Below, one piece after another: positions 51,101 through 58,739 of a stretch of 64,000 nucleotides of DNA. The position numbers were made by a program, and so were the translations under genes. The stretch is from Polyangium mundeleinium (lineage in GTDB: Bacteria > Myxococcota_A > Polyangia > Polyangiales > Polyangiaceae). Location: NCBI RefSeq assembly GCF_028369105.1, contig NZ_JAQNDO010000001.1, positions 1,971,711 to 2,035,710 on the forward strand, given 5' to 3'. Position 1 is the stretch's first letter. Each line of letters begins with the position of its first letter. Under the pieces are notes generated by a model. It made no database searches and was not told the DNA's origin. It saw only the letters and a program-made list of their open reading frames with translations.

Positions 51101-51915
51101 CTGCGGGAGTTCCGGACGCGAAGGCAGCGGTTCCGGGCGCCCCTGCGGGAGTTCCGGACGCGAAGGCAGCGATTTCGGGCGCCCCTGCGGGAGTTCCGGA
51201 CGCGAAGGCAGCGGTTCCGGGCGCCCCTGCGGGAGTTCCGGACGCGAAGGCAGCGATTCCGGGCGCCCCTGCGGGAGTTCCGGACGCGAAGGCAGCGGTT
51301 CCGGGCGCCCCTGCGGGAGTTCCGGACGCGAAGGCAGCGGTTCCGGGCGCCCCTGCGGGAGTTCCGGACGCGAAGGCAGCGATTCCGGGCGCCCCTGCGG
51401 CGGTTCCAGGCGCCCCTGCGGCGGTTCCGGGTGCGGACGCGGCCGCCGCAGCAGCGCCGAAGCCCGGTGAAAAGCCTGCCATTCCAGGCGGCGCGGCCGT
51501 GCCCGCGGCCCCGAAGGTCGGCGATAAACCCGCCGTGCCCGCGGGCGCCGCGCCTGCCGCGCCCGCCGTCCCCGGTGCTCCCGCGGCCTCCGGTGCTCCC
51601 GCCGTCCCCGGTGCTCCCGCGGCCCCGAAGGTCGGCGACAAACCCGTCGTGCCCGCGGGAGCCGCTGCTCCCGCCGCGCCTGCTGCGCCCGGCGTCCCGG
51701 CGGCCCCTGCGGCCAAGCCCGCGGCGCCCGTGGTCCCCGCCGGCGCCAAACCCGCGCCCGCAGCCCCCGGCGCCCCCGTGGTCCCTGCCGGCGCCAAACC
51801 CACGCCCGGCGCCCCCGTGCCTCCGTCCGCGCCCGCATCCCCCGGCGCCAAGCCGGGCACCCCTGCCGCTCCCGGCGCGAAATGGCCCGGCAGCGGCGGC
51901 AAACCCGGCGTGTGA
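48109..51915 (+). CDS. Large (1268 aa) K/E/A-rich alpha-helical-repeat (apolipoprotein/tape-measure-like) protein with a C-terminal tandem Pro/Ala repeat region ('PDAKAAV' x6, then 'VPGAPAGVPDAKAA' x9) and a P/A/G/V-rich tail. Function unknown; encoded directly after tssG in the T6SS operon orientation.
   Basis: No TM or signal peptide. Strong host-like codon usage. Perfect 21-bp and 42-bp DNA tandem repeats at about 50923-51420. Confidence 0.6.
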   Translation: MTTADQSQGATESIPSKLGKFASEQIDKAEVTVTKGVSTVRDSTNQIISKAEEQILKLNKALYETKNGISAGIDTAIKETEGQLKGITPELKKMGEEAISTAKGKLDGLVDEVEGKLESQKDTLVKTAQDQIQSAADAAKGKIDEIGQLGEDQATKVLDAVKAQADTVDQKLGDLGGQIDGKIEAIGSDLRAKFELALAKVPDHDGAKVEMSANVDAVVDELRSATKDSIEQARETLKSLVKQTDDTIKQTIGDVRRTIGEVPTRINQCAQDIIAKVNDAIQKTIDEISNLAHGLVARTAELLNEALLTITSTVDKLLADGFALVRGIKADLDRLLDKLLEQIRDLTLGTLEDVRKAANELLGTFETECKKILQTMEDSVVGSVEELGGKMNASIKALQAELNLDADKIVRDLVAEGAKGHDDALADFISAGYEEDTSVIPKIRAKGEAAIKQIEAKTKAQGEKLIKDFEMQATLLKPKIQAQGIKVVAQIAALGPKLAMQAVQIASSIASSIKDKGEAVKKTFEELQKTLVDAITKKIPDYLDNCKKQIKAAADALVEAGKTFYEKTLADLMATIKAAEARFKKLALEMKDLIETQVLELVASIRRTVETSIQRFKDLGKAFEDKTNALINDIPARLIKLEQVARLAVDREIALAKGLANATKEDILLKARTALSEIKKAAYGVLGGIQGDLGAVQGSLALVIPAGAGLDAAGAINLAVSGGLEGMIASAANAASAVVTAGVNAAEAVNSAAEQAAAAMGAAGFEGAANALTGVLSQQMGEVRTEGEKAKNVIAAAKEKMTAVAKEASDTCTQAAQAAQAAAAEVVEAANATGDAVKASAENLTKGLEKAKDIVKEAGKTAMQSMKEAQDARKGGDGAQAGAGAQAGAGGADAAAGGAEAGGADAAAGGADAAAGGADGAAAPEGEAAADAAAEAAAPDAKAAAPDAKAAVPDAKAAVPDAKAAVPDAKAAAPDAKAAVPGAPAGVPDAKAAVPGAPAGVPDAKAAVPGAPAGVPDAKAAISGAPAGVPDAKAAVPGAPAGVPDAKAAIPGAPAGVPDAKAAVPGAPAGVPDAKAAVPGAPAGVPDAKAAIPGAPAAVPGAPAAVPGADAAAAAAPKPGEKPAIPGGAAVPAAPKVGDKPAVPAGAAPAAPAVPGAPAASGAPAVPGAPAAPKVGDKPVVPAGAAAPAAPAAPGVPAAPAAKPAAPVVPAGAKPAPAAPGAPVVPAGAKPTPGAPVPPSAPASPGAKPGTPAAPGAKWPGSGGKPGV
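50923..51420. repeat. Intragenic tandem DNA repeats (6 x 21 bp, then about 9 x 42 bp) encoding PDAKAAV/VPGAPAGVPDAKAA units.
   Basis: Near-identical repeat units with a g/a, t/c wobble, visible directly in the sequence. Confidence 0.85.
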
Positions 51916-51979
51916 CGTTCGCCCGCGGAGATGAGGCACAGCGCCGTTTGACCCGAAAGCCGGGCTCCGGCGTCGACCC

Positions 51980-53041
51980 ATGAGCGACTACCAGGACTGC
52001 ACGCTCATCGAGATTCGCGGGGCGAGGGAATTCGTCGTCGACGCACGACGGGTGCATGCAGATGCGCTGCTGCCGCTGCCGTCGGACCCCGCCACGATGC
52101 TGCGCATGCTTTGTGAAGGAACACGCGCGAAGGCGCTGCCGACGATCGCGCCCGACCTCGATTATTTCGACGAAGCGCAGCTCCTCGACAAGGCGAGTGG
52201 TTTCTTCGACGACGTGGAAGTCCTCGCGTGTGGCGCGCGCGCGGGCCAGCTCGAAGCGCGGTACCGGATCCGCTTGCGGACAAACCTCGACTGGCGTCGC
52301 CACGAAGCGGGCGCGCGGTGGGGCGCAGCCGCGGCCGTCTGGCTGCCCGGTGTGGGCGGAGCGCCCAGCGAGCTGCTCACGCATCTCGCCAGAAATGCGC
52401 GAGGCAAAAAAGGGGGTACGCCCGCCGAGCGCCTCGCGACGTTGAAGAACATCATTCGAACCCGCGTGCGCGACGTCGGCGCGGCCGCGAAGCAGCTCGG
52501 CACGTTCGAGGCCGAGGCTTCGGACATGGCGTTCGAGTTGAGCCGATTTCTCTATTACCCGTACCTCGCGGTCGACGTCGCGCCCGCGCTCGGGCTCCTC
52601 GGTCATCCGTCCGCCGTTGGACCGCTCGTCCTCGCGCTCCTGCACACCGAGCGCCTGAGGTTGCCCCATGACAAACCGTGTGCGCCGTATTTTCAGCAGG
52701 CGCTCGCCTGGCTCGGCCCGATCGCAAAGCCACTCGCCGAGGCTGTCCTCCGCGCGCCCGGGGAGGAGACCCTGGAGCTTGATTTTGCGCGATGGCGCGT
52801 GCTCGGCGACGATGACGCGCGCCGCAGGTTCGTCGCGACGAAGGCGCCCTCCAACGTCAACGCCGCCCTGATGTTCAAGCTCCGGCGCAAGGCCCTCCTT
52901 ATCGACGGCCCGAGCACGCAGCTTCGAGACATCATCGACGGCGTGCGGGAGGGCCTCCGCAAAAAGAAAGACCTCGACGGCCTCGGGACGTCCTTCGCGC
53001 AGCTCGAAAAGGTCGCCCTCGCGCGTTGCGCCAAGGCGTAA
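51980..53041 (+). CDS. Hypothetical protein (353 aa), convergent with the PAAR-like gene.
   Basis: Coding-like codon bias. No family recognized. Confidence 0.5.
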   Translation: MSDYQDCTLIEIRGAREFVVDARRVHADALLPLPSDPATMLRMLCEGTRAKALPTIAPDLDYFDEAQLLDKASGFFDDVEVLACGARAGQLEARYRIRLRTNLDWRRHEAGARWGAAAAVWLPGVGGAPSELLTHLARNARGKKGGTPAERLATLKNIIRTRVRDVGAAAKQLGTFEAEASDMAFELSRFLYYPYLAVDVAPALGLLGHPSAVGPLVLALLHTERLRLPHDKPCAPYFQQALAWLGPIAKPLAEAVLRAPGEETLELDFARWRVLGDDDARRRFVATKAPSNVNAALMFKLRRKALLIDGPSTQLRDIIDGVREGLRKKKDLDGLGTSFAQLEKVALARCAKA

Positions 53042-53047
53042 CGCCTC

Positions 53048-53437
53048 TCAGGGCACCTGGACCGTGACCTGCCCGGGGAACGAGATCTGAATCACGCCGC
53101 CCCACATACACATCAGCTTCGAGCTGTTGTTCAGCGCGGGCATGTTCGCCAGGAGCACCGTGGGTGCACCAACGATCCACGGCGCCGGCGTGTTCGGAAT
53201 GCACGGCATCGGCGTGAGCACGCCCATCGCCGCCGCCGTCGCCGCGGCCACCGTCGGGTTCGCCAGGCTCTGACACATCCCGAACGGCAGCACGTTCAGC
53301 ATCGGCTTGCCGTCCATGATGTTCGCCAGCGGTCCTGCGCTGTTCAACGTCCGGTTCGCGGGCAGCACCGTGAGCGAGCTCGGCGCCACGCCGAAGCTGC
53401 ATTGCATCATCGCGCCCATGCATACGTGCTGGCCCAT
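53048..53437 (-). CDS. PAAR-like DUF4280-family protein.
   Basis: 129 aa. 'CMGAMMQCSFGVAPSSLTVLP...LPFGMCQSLANPTVAAATAAAMGVLTPMPCIP...KLMCMWGGVIQI' matches the DUF4280 pattern. Located downstream of vgrG. Confidence 0.8.
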   Translation of the reverse strand: MGQHVCMGAMMQCSFGVAPSSLTVLPANRTLNSAGPLANIMDGKPMLNVLPFGMCQSLANPTVAAATAAAMGVLTPMPCIPNTPAPWIVGAPTVLLANMPALNNSSKLMCMWGGVIQISFPGQVTVQVP

Positions 53438-53439
53438 CG

Positions 53440-54192
53440 TCAGCCTCCCGCGAGCTTGTTCACGATCTTGTCGAAGAAGGACGTCTCCTTCTCCTCCTTC
53501 GACTTGGGAATGCCCTTGTCGTCGTACTCGACTTCGCCGCGCTTCTCGCCGTCCTTGTACGACGCCTTCGCCTTCAGCTTGCCTTGCACGTCGTAGCTGA
53601 ACGCGTCGCCTTGTTTCTTGCCGTTGTCGTACGTGGCGCGCTCGCGGACCTCGCCGTTCGGGAAGTACTCGATCACTTCCCCGTGCAGTTTGTCCGCCTT
53701 GTAGTTCGCTTTCCGCAGCGTGTTGCCCTTGCCGTCGAGGAACAAGGACTCGCCTTCGAGCTTGCCGTTCTTGTAGAACGACCGCACGACCTCGTTTCCC
53801 TGCTCATCGAACGACAGGAACGGGCCGTTCTGTTTGCCCTTCTCGAAATGCATCAGCGTCCGCAGCCGGCCCTCGTCGTAAAGACGCGTCGGCCCGTGCT
53901 GCTCGCCTTTCACGAACGTCACGATCTGCGAGATCTTGCCGTGCTCGTCGAAGAGCTTCGTCTCGCCGTGCAGCGCGCCGTTCTCGAAGGACGAACGCTC
54001 GACCTCGCGCCCCTCCGGGTCGTACGTGATCGACAGCCCGTGGAGCTTGCCCTTCGCGTAATTCGCCCGGTGCGCGATCTGCTTTTCGGTCTCCCCGTAC
54101 TGGACGAACTCCCCGTGCAGCTCGCCCTCTTCCATCTGGAACCGGGAGATCAGCTTGCCGGTTTCGTCGCGCTCTTCGTGGTCGGTCGGCAT
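53440..54192 (-). CDS. MORN-variant (YwqK-family) repeat protein, 250 aa, between vgrG and the PAAR-like gene.
   Basis: About 8 tandem 'G..HG....Y..NG.L' MORN_2-type repeats. The real start 'MPTDHEERDE' lies 12 nt after the vgrG stop; the 627-aa ORF in the track is an antisense/frame read-through of vgrG. Confidence 0.75.
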   Translation of the reverse strand: MPTDHEERDETGKLISRFQMEEGELHGEFVQYGETEKQIAHRANYAKGKLHGLSITYDPEGREVERSSFENGALHGETKLFDEHGKISQIVTFVKGEQHGPTRLYDEGRLRTLMHFEKGKQNGPFLSFDEQGNEVVRSFYKNGKLEGESLFLDGKGNTLRKANYKADKLHGEVIEYFPNGEVRERATYDNGKKQGDAFSYDVQGKLKAKASYKDGEKRGEVEYDDKGIPKSKEEKETSFFDKIVNKLAGG

Positions 54193-54203
54193 CGGGCCCT
54201 CGC

Positions 54204-56204
54204 TCAGTTGATCTTCACCATGCCGCCCTTCAACGTCAGCATGCCGCCGCCCTCCACCGCCGCCTGCGCGCCGCCCTTCGCCTTCAGCGCGATCGCGCCC
54301 TCGAGCGTCATGTTCGTCCCGCCCTTGGCCTTGAAATCGGTGCCGGCCTTCAGCGTCATCCCCGTCCCGGACTCGGCCTTGAAATCCGTGCCCGCCTTCA
54401 TCGTGAACGCCTGCTTGGCCTTGATCGTGACGCTCTTCGCCTCGATCACGAGGTCGCCGTCGACCTTGATCGTGTAGTTCTTCGTCACCTTGTAATCGAG
54501 GTTCGCCTTGTTCGTGTGCGCCTCGTCCTTGGTGATCTCCAGCGTGCGTTTGCCCTTCACGCTGTGCGTCTCGTCGCCCTTGTCGACCTTGATCGTGCGG
54601 TTGCCCTTGGTGACCGTGAGCGACTCGTCGCCCTCTTCGATCGTCACCTTCCGCTCGTTTTTGACGTTCTTCGTGTAATCGTGGAGGACCTTCACCGTCC
54701 AGTCGTTCTCCACCTCGAAGAGCATGTCCTTCTGGGCGTGCGCGTAGAACTCCTCGCTGTCCTTCTTGTCCTCGAAGCGCAATTCGTTCCCCGCGTCGCC
54801 CTCCTTCGTCGAGCGGCTCAGGATCGTGCTCTTCGTCTGCGCGCCCGGCAGCCCATAAGGCACCGTTTGCTCCGCGTTGTACACCGAGCCCGTCACGAGC
54901 GGCCGGTCCGGATCGCCGTCGATGAAGCTCACGACGACCTCTTGCCCGATGCGCGGCAAGAACCACGCGCCCCAGCTCTTGCCCGCCCAGGACTGCACGA
55001 CCCGCACGAAGCACGAGCTCTTGTCGTCCTTCGCGCCCTTGCGATCCCAGTGGAACTGGACCTTGATGCGCCCGTATTCGTCCGTCCACTGCTCCTCGCC
55101 GCTCTTGCCCACGACGACGGCCGTTTGCGTGCCGGGGATCGCGGGCTTCGGCGTGATGCGCGGCGGGCGGTACGGCGTCTTCTTCGGGAAGCCCTCGAAG
55201 GTATTCGTGTACCCCTCCTGGCTCGCCCGATGCACGACCGCGCCGAGGACCCAGTCGGTGTTCGCGTCGTCCCGATCGTGCTCGTCGAGCTTGAACGCGT
55301 GGCCCGCGGTGAAGGCGCGACAATTGGATGCGCCGGACAAACGCACCGCCCGCGCCTCCTCCGCTTCGATGCGGAGCTTCGCGCGCGCGTCGCCCGGGCT
55401 CTTCTCGATGTGCCCGCCCGGGTACTCGAAGAGCTCGAGCTTGCCGGATTCACCCGAGACCTCCGCGAGCAGCGACGTGCTCGGCATCTCGAAGTTGTAA
55501 TCCGTCGACGCGTACTTCCCCGCGACGATCTCTTCTTCGAGCGTGCACTCGACGACCGCGTCCTCGTCCGTCGACGACGAGAACTGCTCGACGAACCGCG
55601 CCTTGTCGAGGTTCGGGCACGGCACGGCCGACGCGCTGTCGTCGGTCAAGACCATCACGTGCTTGCCGTCCTCGTGCGTGAAATAATAGTGGATCCCCTC
55701 GTCCTCCATGAGACGCGACACGAAATCGAGCGCGGTCTCCTGGTACTGCACGCAGTAGGGGCGCGGCGCGTACGAGCCCTTCAGCGAATCCTTGAAGTGC
55801 TCGCCCGACGAGAAGCCGAGCTCCTGGAAGAGCGCCTTCAGGATGTCGGGTACGCTCTTCTCCTGGAAGATGCGGCAATCGCTGGTCTTGCCGAGGAGCC
55901 ACAACCACGGGTGCAGCTCCGCGCGGTAGCGTGTCTGCTTGCCGACGCGACCTGCCTGGACGAACCGCGTGCAGATCCCGTGGATGAAGCGCGGCTTCTC
56001 CTTGGCCATGCCCCGGATCGTCAAGGTCACGCCCTTGCCGACGATCGCCTTGAAGTCGAGCGCCTTTTCCGGCGACACGAGCTCGAGCTCGAAGCGGAAG
56101 AGCCCCGAGATCCGCTCTTCACCGTGCAGATCGACGAGCAGAACCGCATCCGCGCCGAAAGGCGTCGAGATGGCGATGCCGAGGCTGCCCTGCGGATAAG
56201 GCAT
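54204..56204 (-). CDS. vgrG: VgrG (TssI) spike protein.
   Basis: 666 aa with gp27-like and gp5-like regions ('RFIHGICTRF', 'WAGKSWGAWFLPRIGQEVVVSFIDGDPDRPLVTGSVYN'), and C-terminal beta-helix repeats 'TMKAGTDFKA...'. Confidence 0.9.
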   Translation of the reverse strand: MPYPQGSLGIAISTPFGADAVLLVDLHGEERISGLFRFELELVSPEKALDFKAIVGKGVTLTIRGMAKEKPRFIHGICTRFVQAGRVGKQTRYRAELHPWLWLLGKTSDCRIFQEKSVPDILKALFQELGFSSGEHFKDSLKGSYAPRPYCVQYQETALDFVSRLMEDEGIHYYFTHEDGKHVMVLTDDSASAVPCPNLDKARFVEQFSSSTDEDAVVECTLEEEIVAGKYASTDYNFEMPSTSLLAEVSGESGKLELFEYPGGHIEKSPGDARAKLRIEAEEARAVRLSGASNCRAFTAGHAFKLDEHDRDDANTDWVLGAVVHRASQEGYTNTFEGFPKKTPYRPPRITPKPAIPGTQTAVVVGKSGEEQWTDEYGRIKVQFHWDRKGAKDDKSSCFVRVVQSWAGKSWGAWFLPRIGQEVVVSFIDGDPDRPLVTGSVYNAEQTVPYGLPGAQTKSTILSRSTKEGDAGNELRFEDKKDSEEFYAHAQKDMLFEVENDWTVKVLHDYTKNVKNERKVTIEEGDESLTVTKGNRTIKVDKGDETHSVKGKRTLEITKDEAHTNKANLDYKVTKNYTIKVDGDLVIEAKSVTIKAKQAFTMKAGTDFKAESGTGMTLKAGTDFKAKGGTNMTLEGAIALKAKGGAQAAVEGGGMLTLKGGMVKIN

Positions 56205-56319
56205 GGATCTCGGGAAGAGCGTACCGGGGTTCTCAGGCTTTCGGCAAGAGGCTTGATCTCCGGCGCGCGCTCATCGAAGATCACGAGACCGTGGTACGCT
56301 TCTGGGAAGAGACCTGCCG

Positions 56320-57186
56320 ATGACGTTCTTTCGAACGGGCATGGGGCTCTTCCAGCTCGGCCGCCCCAAGCTCCCGAGCCGCGACGAGGCCGTCGAGATG
56401 CTCGTGCAAATGGCCCAAAAGCGGGGCGGCGCGCGGTATCTGCGAGGCGTCCTCGCCGACGACGTCCCCAAGGTCCTCGTCGACACGATGCCCGACGACG
56501 AGGTCTTGCGTTCGCTCGTCGAGCGCATCTCGACCGGACGCATCACGTTCGTGCTCTTGCGCCCGCGCGACACCCGCGCGCCGGGCTTCTTCGTCGAGGG
56601 CGACGCGACGGGCGCCGTGCTCGGCCCGGAAAACAAGGCCGGCGATCTGCGCCCCGCGCCCGAGGTCCCGCCCGAGTATCCGGTGCTCGCGCGCGTCGAG
56701 AGCGATCAGGTCATCGAATCCACGGCGAAGCTCGTGGCGGATCTCGCGGCGCTGCTCTTCGGCAGGTTCGCCCGGGAGAAACGCGAATCGACGATCGCGC
56801 GCACGTACGTGCTCGTCGCGGGCGAGGAGGGATCGCGGATCCAGGGCGCGCGCAGCACGGTCGATATCGCGCTCGACACCGCGCGCTGGCCTGGCGGCGG
56901 CCTCGGGCGGCCGAAGCCTTCGGTGCCGGTCGAATACAAGAGCGCCGCGAAGACCACCGGCGAGAGCGCGCGCTTCGCGATCGACAAGCTCTCCGCCTCG
57001 CTCGGCCCTGCGTCGCCTCCGACGTCGAGCCGCCCCGCGCCCGCGGTGCCGGACACCTACGTGAACGTCGCGAGTGGCACCGCGCAGACGACGAAGGGCG
57101 CGATCGACTCGCTCGGCAAGAGCTTCGCCGACCTTTTCCGCGAGGCGCCTTTCGTGCGTCCGCGTAACACGAGTCCTGTCGAATGA
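56320..57186 (+). CDS. Hypothetical protein, paralog A of a duplicated pair (shares a conserved central domain with the downstream gene).
   Basis: 288 aa. The 'NKAGDLRPAPEVPPEYPVLARVESDQVIESTAKL' block is shared with gene B, including a 64-bp identical DNA run. Confidence 0.5.
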   Translation: MTFFRTGMGLFQLGRPKLPSRDEAVEMLVQMAQKRGGARYLRGVLADDVPKVLVDTMPDDEVLRSLVERISTGRITFVLLRPRDTRAPGFFVEGDATGAVLGPENKAGDLRPAPEVPPEYPVLARVESDQVIESTAKLVADLAALLFGRFAREKRESTIARTYVLVAGEEGSRIQGARSTVDIALDTARWPGGGLGRPKPSVPVEYKSAAKTTGESARFAIDKLSASLGPASPPTSSRPAPAVPDTYVNVASGTAQTTKGAIDSLGKSFADLFREAPFVRPRNTSPVE

Positions 57187-58730
57187 GCGCCGAGACGACA
57201 GGCTTCGGGAACATCCTGCTGGGCCGCCCGCGGCGCCTCGATCGGCACGGCATCCTCGCGTTTTTGCGCAACGTCGCGCTCGATCGCCGCGGCATGCTGG
57301 AGCTCCGGCGCATGCTCGCCGAGGAGCTCCATCGCTCCTCGATTCATCACCTCCGCGACGACGTTGTGATCGAGCAGCTCGCGGATCGATACCTGCGCGG
57401 CTCGCTCTCGCTCGTCCTCGTGCACCCGCGCGACGTCGAGCTCGAAGGCTTCATGGTCGAGGGCGCGGACACGACGCCCCTCACGGGTCCGAAAAACGAG
57501 GCCGGCGATCTGCGCCCCGCGCCCGAGGTCCCGCCCGAGTATCCGGTGCTCGCGCGCGTCGAGTCCGATCAGGTCATCGACTCCACGCTGAAGCTCATCG
57601 CGAAGCTCACCGATCTGCTCTTCGGCTCGTTTGGCCTGCAAAAACGCCCCTCGACGCTCGCGAAAGAGCTCGTGCTCCTCGCGGCCGACGAGGCGCGCGG
57701 CGTGAAGACCGCGAACACGAAGGTCGATCTCGACCTCGCGCTTCAGCTTCATCCCCAAGGCAACGTCATCGTCCCCGATCCGCAGGTCAAGGACGCGTAC
57801 GTCGCCGCCGCGGCCGAGATTGCGGCCGGGCCGCATCCCGCCGCGAAGGGCCTCATCGATCTGATCTTCCCGCTCGCGCGCGTCGACGTCTCGCGCAGGT
57901 TCGACAATCCCGTGAAGAGCGGGTCTGTCCGGAATGACCGGATGGGCGAGGACAAGGCCGAGGACGGCTCGGGGGATTGGGTCGAAATCGAACTCGTCGA
58001 CGACGGCGATCCGCCGAAGCCGCTCGTGGGCCAGCCGTTCCGGGTCGAGCTTCGGAATGGCAAGGTCGTCGAGGGCGTGCTCGACGAGAATGGCAAGGCG
58101 CGCGTCGAGGGCGTCACGGCGGGCAGCGCCACGGTCACGTTCCCCGAGATCGACAAGAAGAAGTGGAAGCCCAACGACGAGGGCAAGGCCTACGGCCTCG
58201 GAGGCCCGGCGCCTGCCGGCGCGAGCCCCGTCACGGGATCGTCCGTCGCGGAGGACACGACGTTCGTCGAAGTGGAATTGCTCGACGACGGCGATCCGCC
58301 GAAGCCCGTGGCCGGCGCGCGTTATCGTGTCGAGCTCGACAGCGGCGAGACCTTCGAGGGGACGCTCGACGACAGCGGCAAGGCGCGCCTCGAAGGTTTG
58401 CCCAAGGGCAAGGGGACGATCACGTTCCCCGACATCGATCAAGGGCAATGGGAGCCGAACGAGGGCGGCACCTTCACGCCCCCGAGCGCGGGCGCGAGCG
58501 CCGCGTCCGCGGCGTCGCCCGTACCTGCGGGCGCGTGGACCGACATCGAGCTCGTCGACGACGGCGACCCGCCGAAGCCCGTGGCCGGCGCGCGGTATCG
58601 CCTGGAGCTCGCGGACGGCAAGGTGATCGAGGGGACGCTCGACGAGAATGGCAAGGCGCGGATCGACGACGTCCCCGAAGGCAGCGGGACGCTCACGTTC
58701 CCGGACATCGACGAAGGCCAGTGGCGCTGA
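57183..58730 (+). CDS. Hypothetical protein, paralog B: the conserved N-terminal domain plus three CarboxypepD_reg-like beta-sandwich repeats.
   Basis: 515 aa. ATGA overlap with gene A. Three repeats of 'ELVDDGDPPKPVAGARYR.EL..G...EGTLDENGKAR...VP.GSGT.TFPDID'. Confidence 0.55.
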   Translation: MSAETTGFGNILLGRPRRLDRHGILAFLRNVALDRRGMLELRRMLAEELHRSSIHHLRDDVVIEQLADRYLRGSLSLVLVHPRDVELEGFMVEGADTTPLTGPKNEAGDLRPAPEVPPEYPVLARVESDQVIDSTLKLIAKLTDLLFGSFGLQKRPSTLAKELVLLAADEARGVKTANTKVDLDLALQLHPQGNVIVPDPQVKDAYVAAAAEIAAGPHPAAKGLIDLIFPLARVDVSRRFDNPVKSGSVRNDRMGEDKAEDGSGDWVEIELVDDGDPPKPLVGQPFRVELRNGKVVEGVLDENGKARVEGVTAGSATVTFPEIDKKKWKPNDEGKAYGLGGPAPAGASPVTGSSVAEDTTFVEVELLDDGDPPKPVAGARYRVELDSGETFEGTLDDSGKARLEGLPKGKGTITFPDIDQGQWEPNEGGTFTPPSAGASAASAASPVPAGAWTDIELVDDGDPPKPVAGARYRLELADGKVIEGTLDENGKARIDDVPEGSGTLTFPDIDEGQWR

Positions 58731-58739
58731 GCGCGCGGC

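Noticed and set aside
47917-52669. 1354-aa and 665-aa minus-strand ORFs with 'RNRCLRVRNSRRGA' / 'PELPQGRPEPLPSR' repeats
   Set aside because: They are the reverse-strand reading of the coding tandem repeats of the 48109..51915 gene. The Arg-rich composition indicates shadow ORFs.
53440-55323. 627-aa minus ORF
   Set aside because: Only the C-terminal 250 aa (the MORN repeats) are real. The N-terminal RG-rich part is an alternate-frame read-through of vgrG.
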